A stretch of DNA of 64,000 nt from a bacterium (GTDB lineage: Bacteria; Vulcanimicrobiota; Vulcanimicrobiia; Vulcanimicrobiales; Vulcanimicrobiaceae), in the NCBI GenBank assembly GCA_021794205.1, contig JAJYRH010000010.1:5566-69565 (forward strand), read 5' to 3'. Below the pieces are notes generated by a model. It made no database searches. It worked only from the letters and a program-made list of their open reading frames with translations, and had not been told where the DNA came from. Numbering within the stretch: position 1 is the stretch's first letter; every line of letters starts with the position of its first letter. The position numbers and the translations under genes were made by a program. This document shows positions 29,882-38,599 of this stretch, in pieces.

Positions 29882-30318
29882 CCGAGACCGTCGCTCGCGA
29901 CGACCTGCGGGTTCCCGTGCGAGCCGGTCGTCGCAACGACGTGGGTGAAGTTCGAGCCGACGTGGAGCGCGGCAAGCTGCCGTTGTTGCTGCGCGACCAC
30001 GCTCTTCTCGAAGGCGAGCTCCTTATGAAGCTCGGCGTTCGCCAAGGCCTCTTGGTGCGCGCTGCGTTCGGCGGCGCGATAGGCGGCCCAGGCGTCGTTC
30101 CGTTGCTGGGCGATCGCCGCTTGCTGGGCGGCGGCGGCCGCTTCGCGCTGGTGGACGACCCGGTTGTGCTGGATGATCAGGTAGGTGGCGGCCCCGATAC
30201 CAAGGAGGATGTTCCGCGTACTCGCCGCGCCATTTGCCAGCGCGGGTCGAGGGAGAAGCCCGGCTCCTAGGCCGAGTACTGCCAGGAGGGCGAGGGCTAT
30301 GGTGAGCTGTCTTTTCAT
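29866..30318 (-). CDS. Secreted Ala/Gln-rich coiled-coil protein (hypothetical)
   Basis: 150 aa with the signal peptide MKRQLTIALALLAVLGLGAGL. No family recognised. Confidence 0.45.
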   Translation of the reverse strand: MKRQLTIALALLAVLGLGAGLLPRPALANGAASTRNILLGIGAATYLIIQHNRVVHQREAAAAAQQAAIAQQRNDAWAAYRAAERSAHQEALANAELHKELAFEKSVVAQQQRQLAALHVGSNFTHVVATTGSHGNPQVVASDGLGWGTL

Positions 30319-30369
30319 GCCGTCGTTCTACCCAAGAGCCCGAAGATGAAAACACCCGGGGCTGGGGCG

Positions 30370-30398
30370 TTGCGCGGGAGCGCCGTGCGACGTATAAT
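30370..30398 (+). promoter_or_regulatory. Candidate independent rpoC promoter (TTGCGC-17-TATAAT)
   Basis: Perfect -10 hexamer TATAAT at 30393-30398 with a 17-nt spacer. It is followed by a ~140-nt leader containing short hairpins (ATGAGG/CCTCAT and CTCGCG/CGCGAG). Confidence 0.45.
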
Positions 30399-30539
30399 GT
30401 GGGTTCGTGCCCCCGCATGAGGTCGCTCCTCATCGGGAGTCGTCCGGAAGCACCGGTGGACCCCCTCGCGCGACCGCGCGAGATCGTGAGTGTCCTGCGG
30501 AAGCGAACGGTACCGGCACGGTGACCTGCGGGAGTCCTC

Positions 30540-33500
30540 GTGAACAACAACCTGATCGACGTGAACAACTTCGACGCGATGCGCATCGGTTTGGCATCGC
30601 CCGAGCACATTCGTGCTTGGTCCTTCGGCGAAGTGAAGAAGCCCGAAACGATTAACTATCGCACGCTCAAGCCCGAGCGCGACGGCCTCTTCTGCGAGAA
30701 GATTTTCGGCCCGACCAAAGACTGGGAGTGCCATTGCGGCAAGTACAAACGCATTCGCTTCAAAGGGATGATCTGCGACCGCTGCGGCGTCGAAATCACC
30801 CGCGCGAAAGTGCGCCGCGAACGGATGGGGCATATCGAACTCGCAACCCCCGTCTGCCATATTTGGTACCTCAAGGGCGTGCCGAGCCGTATCGGCATCC
30901 TGCTCGATATGTCGCCGCGGCAGCTGGAGAAGGTGATCTATTTTGCCGCGTGGGTCGTGATCGATCCCGGCAATACGCCGTTGCAAAAACGCGAGGTGCT
31001 CTCCGAGCAGAAGTATCGCGAACTCTCCGACAAGCATAAAGACGATCGCGGTCGCGTGCAGTTCAAGGCGGGGATGGGCGCCGAAGCGATTCGGGAGCTC
31101 CTGAAGGATCTCAACCTCCAGAAGGTTCGCGACGAACTGCGCTCCGAACTCGACGGCGGCCCGAACGGCTCGCGCCGCACGCGCGCCGGCAAAGATACCG
31201 TCAGCCAGAAGCATCTCAAGACGATCAAGCGTTTGGAGATCGTCGAAGCGCTCATCACCTCGGGCAATAAACCGGAGTGGATGGTACTCGAAGCGGTTCC
31301 GGTCATCGCGCCCGAACTGCGCCCGATGGTGCAGCTCGACGGCGGCCGATTCGCCACCTCCGATCTCAACGATCTCTATCGCCGCGTCATCAATCGCAAC
31401 AATCGCCTCAAGCGTTTGCTCGATCTCAACGCGCCGGAGATCATCATCAAGAACGAAAAGCGCATGCTGCAAGAAGCGGTCGATGCGCTGATCGACAACG
31501 GCCGTCGCGGTCGCCCGGTGACGGGCCCCAACAATCGCCCGTTGAAATCGCTCTCCGATATTCTCAAAGGCAAACAGGGGCGTTTCCGCCAGAACCTACT
31601 CGGAAAGCGCGTCGATTACTCCGGCCGTTCGGTGATCGTGGTCGGCCCGACGCTGAAACTCCACCAGTGCGGTCTCCCCAAAGAGATGGCCCTCGAGCTC
31701 TTCAAGCCGTTCGTGATGAAGAAGCTCGTGGACCGGCAGCTCGCGCATAACATCAAGAGCGCGAAGCGCATGGTCGAGCGCGTGAAGCCCGAGGTGTGGG
31801 ACGTTCTCGAAGAGATCATCAAGGAGCATCCGGTGCTGCTCAACCGCGCCCCGACGCTCCACCGTCTCGGTATTCAGGCCTTCGAGCCGGTTCTCGTCGA
31901 GGGCAAGGCGATCCATTTGCATCCGTTGGTCTGTACGCCGTACAACGCCGATTTCGACGGCGACCAGATGGCGGTCCATCTTCCGCTTTCAGCGGGCGCG
32001 CAAGCCGAAGCGCGGATCCTCATGCTTTCCTCGAACAATACCTTGCTGCCGGCGTACGGAAACGCCGTCTCGATTCCGACGCAAGATATGGTGTTGGGCC
32101 TTTACTACATCACGTTCCAACGCGATGAATATAAGGGCCCGGCGCGCGGCGAGATTACCGAAAACTTCGATATCAGCGATCGGCCGACGAAGAAGAACGC
32201 TCCCACGGCCGATGCTCCGGGCTCGCTGCCGACGTTCTCGAGCTTTAACGAAGTCATGCTCGCGTACGAAAGCCATGCGGTGAAGCTCCAGGAGTGGATC
32301 TACGTGCGCTTTAACGGCGAGTTGATCAAAACGACCGCGGGGCGCGTGATCTTCAATAGCTCGTTCCCCAAACATTGGAACCACGCGTTCGTCAACCAGA
32401 TCATCGATAAGAGTGCGCTCAAGAAGCTCATCACGCTCTGCTACCGGAACTACGGAAATGCAGAGACCGCAATGTTCCTCGACTCGGTCAAAGAGCTTGG
32501 GTTCCGGTACGCAACGCGTTCGGGCACCTCGGTCTCGGTGAGCGATATCGTCGTTCCTCAAGCCAAGCATGCGATCATCGAAAAAGCGCAGAGCGAAGTC
32601 GACGAATTGCATCGCTTCTACGAGCAAGGCTTCATCCGCCAGTCGGAGCAGTACAACAAGACGATCGAGATCTGGTCGAAGGCCTCCGAAGACGTCACGC
32701 AAGCCATGCAGAAGGCGCAGGAGCCGCTCAACCCGGTCTTCATGATGGCGACCTCGGGCGCTCGCGGTTCGATCGCACAGGTCAAGCAGCTCGGCGGTAT
32801 GCGCGGACTGATGTCCGATCCGAGCGGCGAGATTCTCGAAATCCCGGTGAAGGCGTCGCTCAAAGAAGGCTTGACGATGTTCGAGTACTTCATCTCGACG
32901 CACGGCGCTCGTAAGGGGCTCGCCGATACGGCGCTCCGTACCGCCGACTCCGGCTACCTCACGCGCCGCCTCGTCGACGTCGCGCAAGACGTCATCGTTC
33001 GCGAGGACGATTGCGGCACCGCCGACGGCATTCTCGTCTACGATATCCGCGTCGGACGCGAGATTATCGAACCGATCACCGACCGTATCATCGGTCGTCG
33101 CTGCGCCGAGGACGTCGTCCACGGTAAGGAGACGCTCGTCAAGCGCGGTGAAGAGATCGACGAAGATAAGGCCAAGGAAATCGTCGATGCGGGCGTTCCG
33201 ACGGTGAAGATCCGTTCGGTATTGACCTGTAAGTCGAAATACGGCGTCTGCTCGGCGTGCTACGGGCGCGATCTCGCGACCGGCAAACACGTCGATATCG
33301 GCACCGCTGTCGGTATTATCGCCGCGCAATCGATCGGCGAACCGGGCACGCAGCTAACCCTGCGTACCTTCCATACCGGTGGCGTGGCGACCGAGGATAT
33401 CATCACCGGTCTCCCGCGCGTCGAAGAAATCTTCGAAGCGCGCAAACCCAAGGGTGAAGCGATCGTCGCCGAGATCGCGGGACGCGTCTCGTTCGGTGAG

Positions 33501-34397
33501 GATAAGGTCCATCGCACCGTGATCGTCACCGACGAAGCCGCGCTCTACGATGAGAAAAACCAGCCGCCGGTCTACGAGATTCCGCAAGGGACGCATCTCG
33601 CGGTGACCGAGGGGCAACTCGTCGAACCCGGCGACCGTCTCACCGAAGGATCGCTCAATCCGCACGTCATCCTTCGCTTTAAGGGCGAGACCGCGCTTCA
33701 GGATTATCTGGTTCAAGAAGTGCAGAAGGTCTATCGTTCGCAAGGCGTCGATATCAACGACAAGCATATCGAAGTGATCGTGCGTTCGATGCTGCGCAAG
33801 GTGAAGATCACCGACGGCGGTGCGACGCACTTGCTCCCCGGACAGACGGTGGAATCCTCGGTCTTCAACGACGCAAACGAAAAAGCGCGCGCCGAGAAAA
33901 AAGATATCGCGGAAGCACTTCCGGTGCTCCTCGGCGTCACGAAAGCCTCGCTCGCGACCGATTCGTTCCTCTCGGCGGCATCGTTCCAAGAGACGACGCG
34001 CGTCCTCACCGACGCAGCGATTCGCGGAAAATACGATCCGCTGCTCGGGTTGAAAGAGAACGTGATCATCGGCAAACTCATTCCCGCAGGAACGGGTATG
34101 TCGCGCTATCGCAACCTCACCATTCAACCGCAGGGCGAAGAGATCGATCCGGACGGACGTCCGCTTCACCCGCAGTTCGATACCGCGTACGCGATGACGG
34201 CCGACGAAGCGGCCCTCATCGAAGCGATGGCGGTCGGCGGCGGCGATACCAGCCGGCTCGCGTCGGCATACGAGCGCAATAACGCACCCCCGACGGTGCA
34301 TTACGAGGGCGAGTACGCGGAGCACGAATCGGTACACGTCGCGAAACCGCGGACTCAGTACGACCAGCGCAACGGGATCAGCATCGAAGAGCTCTAA
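30540..34397 (+). CDS. rpoC: DNA-directed RNA polymerase beta-prime subunit
   Basis: Zn-finger [22 protein letters not shown], the catalytic motif [13 protein letters not shown], and bridge-helix and trigger-loop segments ([26 protein letters not shown]). GTG start. Confidence 0.95.
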   Translation: MNNNLIDVNNFDAMRIGLASPEHIRAWSFGEVKKPETINYRTLKPERDGLFCEKIFGPTKDWECHCGKYKRIRFKGMICDRCGVEITRAKVRRERMGHIELATPVCHIWYLKGVPSRIGILLDMSPRQLEKVIYFAAWVVIDPGNTPLQKREVLSEQKYRELSDKHKDDRGRVQFKAGMGAEAIRELLKDLNLQKVRDELRSELDGGPNGSRRTRAGKDTVSQKHLKTIKRLEIVEALITSGNKPEWMVLEAVPVIAPELRPMVQLDGGRFATSDLNDLYRRVINRNNRLKRLLDLNAPEIIIKNEKRMLQEAVDALIDNGRRGRPVTGPNNRPLKSLSDILKGKQGRFRQNLLGKRVDYSGRSVIVVGPTLKLHQCGLPKEMALELFKPFVMKKLVDRQLAHNIKSAKRMVERVKPEVWDVLEEIIKEHPVLLNRAPTLHRLGIQAFEPVLVEGKAIHLHPLVCTPYNADFDGDQMAVHLPLSAGAQAEARILMLSSNNTLLPAYGNAVSIPTQDMVLGLYYITFQRDEYKGPARGEITENFDISDRPTKKNAPTADAPGSLPTFSSFNEVMLAYESHAVKLQEWIYVRFNGELIKTTAGRVIFNSSFPKHWNHAFVNQIIDKSALKKLITLCYRNYGNAETAMFLDSVKELGFRYATRSGTSVSVSDIVVPQAKHAIIEKAQSEVDELHRFYEQGFIRQSEQYNKTIEIWSKASEDVTQAMQKAQEPLNPVFMMATSGARGSIAQVKQLGGMRGLMSDPSGEILEIPVKASLKEGLTMFEYFISTHGARKGLADTALRTADSGYLTRRLVDVAQDVIVREDDCGTADGILVYDIRVGREIIEPITDRIIGRRCAEDVVHGKETLVKRGEEIDEDKAKEIVDAGVPTVKIRSVLTCKSKYGVCSACYGRDLATGKHVDIGTAVGIIAAQSIGEPGTQLTLRTFHTGGVATEDIITGLPRVEEIFEARKPKGEAIVAEIAGRVSFGEDKVHRTVIVTDEAALYDEKNQPPVYEIPQGTHLAVTEGQLVEPGDRLTEGSLNPHVILRFKGETALQDYLVQEVQKVYRSQGVDINDKHIEVIVRSMLRKVKITDGGATHLLPGQTVESSVFNDANEKARAEKKDIAEALPVLLGVTKASLATDSFLSAASFQETTRVLTDAAIRGKYDPLLGLKENVIIGKLIPAGTGMSRYRNLTIQPQGEEIDPDGRPLHPQFDTAYAMTADEAALIEAMAVGGGDTSRLASAYERNNAPPTVHYEGEYAEHESVHVAKPRTQYDQRNGISIEEL

Positions 34398-34418
34398 GCT
34401 CCACGAGGCGGGGATTCG

Positions 34419-34457
34419 AAAGGGGCGGGGGCGATGTTCGTCCCCGCCCCTTTGCTG
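34419..34457 (+). terminator. Rho-independent terminator after rpoC
   Basis: AAAGGGGCGGGG (34419-34430), an 11-nt loop, CCCCGCCCCTTT (34442-34453), then TGCT. Confidence 0.7.
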
Positions 34458-34467
34458 TGCCAGACAG

Positions 34468-35037
34468 GTGGCAGAGCCGACTGAGAGAGTAGCGGTGATG
34501 GACCAGCTCGAACTCGCCGCCCGCCTTCCCCGTTATCGCTCTCGTGCCGCCCGCGATGCGATCGCCGGTGCGCTCGGATATCCGAATCGTTGGCAGGAGC
34601 GCTCGCTCGCCGCCGCCGGCGCCGAGCGTTTCGAGGCGCTCTTGGCAGAGGAGGTCCGCGACGGCATTCGCCCGGGGCTGCTCTTCGATGCACGCAATGC
34701 GCTCGTCGCCGAGATGCGTCGGTTCGCGCGCAGCGCGCTCGCGCGACGCCTCCGCCGGCTACGGCCGGTGCAGATTCTCGCGCGCGGTGCGAAGGCGCGC
34801 CCCTTCGATGCGCTTGTCCGCGCTCCGGATGGGCGAAGCGTCGCCATCGTGGTTCGCCCGATGCCGACCGGCGAAGCCCGGCTCGATATCTATCGCGCAC
34901 TCCGCGGAGCGATCGAGCGAGCGGGCGGCAGCGAGGCGCTCGCCGCGCTTCTGTTGATCGACCCGCTCACTGGGGCCTCGCAGAGTATGCGGCTCGACGA
35001 GATCGCGCGGTTACAACGGGGGAGCACCGCGGCGTAA
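34468..35037 (+). CDS. Hypothetical protein (189 aa; start may be ATG 34498)
   Basis: Track ORF in the only sensible frame for this gap. No family recognised. Confidence 0.4.
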   Translation: MAEPTERVAVMDQLELAARLPRYRSRAARDAIAGALGYPNRWQERSLAAAGAERFEALLAEEVRDGIRPGLLFDARNALVAEMRRFARSALARRLRRLRPVQILARGAKARPFDALVRAPDGRSVAIVVRPMPTGEARLDIYRALRGAIERAGGSEALAALLLIDPLTGASQSMRLDEIARLQRGSTAA

Positions 35038-35055
35038 TGTCGGAAGAAGGTCGCC

Positions 35056-35388
35056 GTGGTCGAGGTTTTCTATCGTTATCGCGTTCATCCACAGCAGGCG
35101 TCGGCATTCGAACATGCCTTCGGCTCCAATGGGCCCTTTGCAAACCTGTTTAAAAGTCATCCCGGATATCGGCGCACGCGTCTCTTCCGCCATCGCGCCG
35201 AAGAAGATATCTATCTTTCGATCGATGTGTGGGAGAGTAAGAGCGACTGGGATGCCTTTCGCGCCGCTCACGCCGAACGTTACGCGCAGCTCGATCGCGA
35301 GCTCCATTTGCTCTACCTCGAAGAGCATTTACTCGGCTTCTTTGAAGGCGACGAAGAGTACCGCGAGCCATTCGAGGCCTCCGTCTAA
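35056..35388 (+). CDS. Antibiotic-biosynthesis-monooxygenase (ABM/Dabb-fold) domain protein
   Basis: 110 aa with a ferredoxin-like ABM pattern (FYRYRV...FEHAF ... LSIDVWESKSDWDAFRAAH). Confidence 0.5.
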   Translation: MVEVFYRYRVHPQQASAFEHAFGSNGPFANLFKSHPGYRRTRLFRHRAEEDIYLSIDVWESKSDWDAFRAAHAERYAQLDRELHLLYLEEHLLGFFEGDEEYREPFEASV

Positions 35389-35444
35389 CGCTTGAGGTTG
35401 CGGGGCGAGAGGGGCATCATGCACGCGCAGGCAAATGGGGGCCC

Positions 35445-35945
35445 ATGAGTACAACCTTTGGCCGCACGTCGACGGCCTCGCAGAGTTCGACGTTGAAAGC
35501 GGGCGATGCCGCCCCCGCGTTCAAGCTTGAAAGCCATCTCGGCGAAAAATTTTCGCTCGCGGATCGGAAGGGCGTCGGCGCGACGGTGCTGGCCTTTATC
35601 CCGTTCGCGTTCACGCCGACTTGAACGAATGAAATGCCCGGCTTCGAACGCGCGCTGCCGCGTTTCGCCGAGCACGGTGCCCAGGTCGTGGGCATCTCCA
35701 TCGATTCAGTACACTCGTTGCGCGCCTGGGCTCTCAGCATGGGCGGCATCACCTACCCGCTGCTCGCGGATTTCTGGCCGCACGGTGAGGTAGCGAAGGC
35801 ATATGGCGTGCTGCGCGACGGCGGCTTTGCCGAGCGAGCGGTCTTCATTATCGATCGGAACGGCGTCGTCCGCTACATCGATATCCATGCGATGGGCGAG
35901 GCGCCCGATCCCGAGCAGATTCTCGAGGAACTCGCAAAACTCTAA
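35445..35945 (+). CDS. AhpE-like peroxiredoxin with in-frame TGA (35622-35624) at the peroxidatic Cys position; candidate selenocysteine peroxiredoxin (alternatively a pseudogene)
   Basis: I translated codon by codon from ATG 35445: MSTTFGRTSTASQSSTLKAGDAAPAFKLESHLGEKFSLADRKGVGATVLAFIPFAFTPT-TGA-TNEMPGFER... This continues in the exact frame of track ORF 35634..35945. PFAFTPT[TGA] matches the Prx motif PxxxTxxC. Downstream, YPLLADFWPHGEVAKAYGV and AVFIIDRNGVVRY resemble M. tuberculosis AhpE. Confidence 0.75.
35639..35670 (+). promoter_or_regulatory. Candidate SECIS-like stem-loop downstream of the in-frame TGA
   Basis: The upper stem pairs 35645-35652 with 35659-35667. It has a bulged U at 35665 and a 6-nt loop CGCUGC. 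A 3-bp lower stem pairs 35639-35641 with 35668-35670. A second hairpin at 35679-35693 (GCCC-AGGUCGU-GGGC) has a GGUC-containing loop but is farther from the UGA. Folded by eye only. Confidence 0.3.
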
Positions 35946-36007
35946 AATCGCATCGGTGCCGCGCACTCTGCCATACATCTGGCAGGGTGCGCGAGCAGAA
36001 TCGGGGC

Positions 36008-36448
36008 ATGAACGCTTTTCATGCCAGCGGACTTCTCGTGGATCCGCAACCCGATCGGAGCCCTCAGCGGATCGCCCTCTATGCGTGGGGCGGTAGCCTC
36101 GCGAACGCCGCCGTCGAGGCCGCGATCGTCGAACTCACGCCGCGCTCCTCCCAGCACTCCGGCTCGTTTGCATTGCTGCTGCGCGGTTCGGGCGTCGCCG
36201 AGCTCCACCCCACGGCGGCCCAGCGTGCTCGCGGTGATATCGCGGCCTACGCGCGCGATCTCGCTCGGCGGGGTGCCACCCGTTCCGTCCACCTCTTCAC
36301 CCGGAGTCTCCCCGAGCCGAGCGCGCTCCGTCGAGCCCGGCGGGCCGGGGTGGAGATCATCGTCAGCCCCATCGACGTGCTCGGCGCGATGACGCTGGTC
36401 CACGGGGAAAGAACCCTGCCTTCAGCGTCGGCCCAGGATGCGGCGTGA
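36008..36448 (+). CDS. Hypothetical protein
   Basis: Track ORF 35987..36448, trimmed to ATG 36008. No family recognised. Confidence 0.35.
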   Translation: MNAFHASGLLVDPQPDRSPQRIALYAWGGSLANAAVEAAIVELTPRSSQHSGSFALLLRGSGVAELHPTAAQRARGDIAAYARDLARRGATRSVHLFTRSLPEPSALRRARRAGVEIIVSPIDVLGAMTLVHGERTLPSASAQDAA

Positions 36449-36464
36449 TACTTGCGCAAGAGCC

Positions 36465-37157
36465 ATGATAGCTATGCAACAACACGCCAAGATTGCCGTC
36501 GTCGACGACGACCGGATGCTGCGCGAGATGATCGAGCTCGGCCTCACCCAAGAAGGCTACGAGGTCAAGAGCGCCTCGGATGGTCAGGCCGCGCTCGATC
36601 TGGTGCGCTCGTTCAATCCCGACGCGATTCTCCTCGATATCATGATGCCGAAGATCGACGGCGTAACGCTGGTGCCGATGCTGCGTAACATCACGCAGGC
36701 GCCGATCCTCATGCTGACCGCAAAGGGCGATCTCGACGACAAGCTCAAGACGTTGGGTTCGGGAGCGGACGACTACGTCGTAAAGCCCTTCTTGTTCGAA
36801 GAACTGATCGCGCGGCTGCAGGCCCATTTGCGACGCCCGCAGATCCACGAAGACGAGCAGATCCGTTGGAACGACCTCGCGCTCGACCTGGGATCGCGCG
36901 AGCTCCGTCGCGGAAGCGAACGGATCGAATTAACGCAACGCGAATTCGATTTGCTCGCCGTGTTTATGCGCGATCCACGACGCATTTTCAGCAAAGAGCA
37001 TCTGCTCGAACTCGTCTGGGGACACGATTTCGAGGGTGGCCCGAATATCGTCGAAACCTACATCTCCTATTTGCGTGCGAAAGTGGACCGGGCGGGCTCG
37101 AGCACCTCGTTTCTCCGAACGGTTCGCGGCGTCGGGTACGGTTTAAGTAACGTATGA
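36465..37157 (+). CDS. OmpR-family response regulator
   Basis: Receiver domain (IAVVDDDRMLREMI ... ILLDIMMPKIDG ... LTAKGD) and a winged-helix domain (LTQREFDLLAVFMRDP ... VETYISYLRAKV). Confidence 0.85.
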   Translation: MIAMQQHAKIAVVDDDRMLREMIELGLTQEGYEVKSASDGQAALDLVRSFNPDAILLDIMMPKIDGVTLVPMLRNITQAPILMLTAKGDLDDKLKTLGSGADDYVVKPFLFEELIARLQAHLRRPQIHEDEQIRWNDLALDLGSRELRRGSERIELTQREFDLLAVFMRDPRRIFSKEHLLELVWGHDFEGGPNIVETYISYLRAKVDRAGSSTSFLRTVRGVGYGLSNV

Positions 37158-38575
37158 CCGGGCGCGGTTCGCTCGCCGTTCGCCTCGCCTCCCTGTACGC
37201 AACGATGCTCGCCGTCGTCGTGCTTTTGGTGATCGTCGCATCCTCGATCGCATTGGTCTTCGAACTCTCGCAGTTCACGCACGATATCATCGTCGCCAAA
37301 CACGACGAGGCGCGCTTCCTCGCCGAGACCGCCGAGCGTGACGGCCAAACGCTCAAGAGCGCCGCACCGCGAATGATTCGCGAACTCTCCGGGATCGGGC
37401 TCGATGTCGCGGTCTTCGACGAGCAGGGAAAATTGCTCGCGGGAGACCCCTCGCTCCATCCCCCGTTGCTCGCCCATATGATCGCCCAACGTCGGCGAGA
37501 GCGGCTGCGCCCGCCTCAGCCTCCCGGAGCGTTCCCCGAACATCGCGAACCGTTCGGCCTCGCCGTCGTCCAGGGCGGCTACGTCGCATTCGTTCCGTCG
37601 ATGCCGCTGGTCTTCGTTGCGCTCTTTCCGTATTGGCGGACGGTTCTCACCATCGGCGTCCTGGCGATTCTCGGAACCTTCGTCGTCGGGCGCATCTTCG
37701 CGCGCGAAGCCTTGCGACCGCTCGATGACGTCGCCGCAGCGCTCCGGTCGCTCGCGCAAGGCGACTACACGCCGCGCACCTTCATCATGGGCGGCGGCGA
37801 CGAGATCGGTAATCTCACCGGCGCGTTTAACGACGCTGCGGCGAACGTCCATCAAGCGATGGAGGAGCGGCGCGCTACCGAGGACCGCATGCGGCGTTTC
37901 GTCGCCGATGCCGGCCACGAATTGCGAACGCCGTTGACCGTCATCAGCGGCTATATCGACGTGCTGCGGCGCGGCGCGTTGAACGACGAGAAAATCGCGC
38001 GACAGATTTTGGGAACCATGACGCTCGAGAAGGAGCACATGCGCAACCTGATCGATCGGCTCGTGCGCCTCTCGCGCCTCGATTCCGAAGCCGCGCCGCT
38101 CGCGGAGCGGCTCGACGTCGCACAATTGCTGCGCGACCAGGTCGATGCGGCGCGCCGTTTTGACGAGCATCGCAATATCGATTACCGCGTCGATGGCGAG
38201 CTCGCGGTCTTTGCCGATCCACGCGAGATCGGTGAAGCGCTCTGGAACGTCGTTGAGAATGCGCTCAAATACGCCCCGGACGCGGCGATCCACCTCCGCG
38301 GCTCGCGCGAAAACGGCCGCGTACGCATCGTCGTTCGCGACGAGGGGCCGGGGATGAGCGAACTCGAGCGACTCCACGCCTTCGAGCGTTTCTACCGCGG
38401 CGATCAACGCGGCGAGATTACCGGTAGCGGCCTCGGGCTCTCGATTGCGAAACGCGCGGTCGAACGCGCGGGTGGACGTATCGAGATCGAGAGTGCACCG
38501 GGGCGCGGCACCGGCGTGACGATCGAACTCGCCGCCGCTCCCGTTTCGTCGCTCGGCGTTCCTCAGCAAATATAA
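37154..38575 (+). CDS. Membrane sensor histidine kinase (2 TM segments + HAMP + HisKA + HATPase_c)
   Basis: FVADAGHELRTPLTVISGYIDVL, NALKYAP, RDEGPGMS and GSGLGLSIAKRAVE, plus two hydrophobic segments and a HAMP-like linker. Confidence 0.85.
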   Translation: MTGRGSLAVRLASLYATMLAVVVLLVIVASSIALVFELSQFTHDIIVAKHDEARFLAETAERDGQTLKSAAPRMIRELSGIGLDVAVFDEQGKLLAGDPSLHPPLLAHMIAQRRRERLRPPQPPGAFPEHREPFGLAVVQGGYVAFVPSMPLVFVALFPYWRTVLTIGVLAILGTFVVGRIFAREALRPLDDVAAALRSLAQGDYTPRTFIMGGGDEIGNLTGAFNDAAANVHQAMEERRATEDRMRRFVADAGHELRTPLTVISGYIDVLRRGALNDEKIARQILGTMTLEKEHMRNLIDRLVRLSRLDSEAAPLAERLDVAQLLRDQVDAARRFDEHRNIDYRVDGELAVFADPREIGEALWNVVENALKYAPDAAIHLRGSRENGRVRIVVRDEGPGMSELERLHAFERFYRGDQRGEITGSGLGLSIAKRAVERAGGRIEIESAPGRGTGVTIELAAAPVSSLGVPQQI

Positions 38576-38599
38576 AGTTCGAGCGGGGATGATGGTGCG

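Noticed and set aside
29516-30318. The two inter-rpoB/rpoC ORFs being non-coding artefacts
   Set aside because: Kept as genes. Both have credible signal peptides (one with a lipobox), sensible composition and a shared orientation with an overlapping stop and start, and no plus-strand alternative exists. Confidence remains moderate because no family was recognised.
34405-34425. tRNA-like GGGGATTCGAA motif after rpoC
   Set aside because: No acceptor, D or anticodon arms can be built around it. It is simply the 5' flank of the rpoC terminator hairpin.
35622-35624. Genome-wide TGA reassignment (Trp or Gly codes) as the explanation for the in-frame TGA in the peroxiredoxin
   Set aside because: TGA terminates several well-delimited genes in this window (cheB, fliK-like, recX, purA, fliJ, trpE) at positions matching the expected protein ends. 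TGA is therefore a normal stop here. Only site-specific Sec recoding or a pseudogene remain as explanations.
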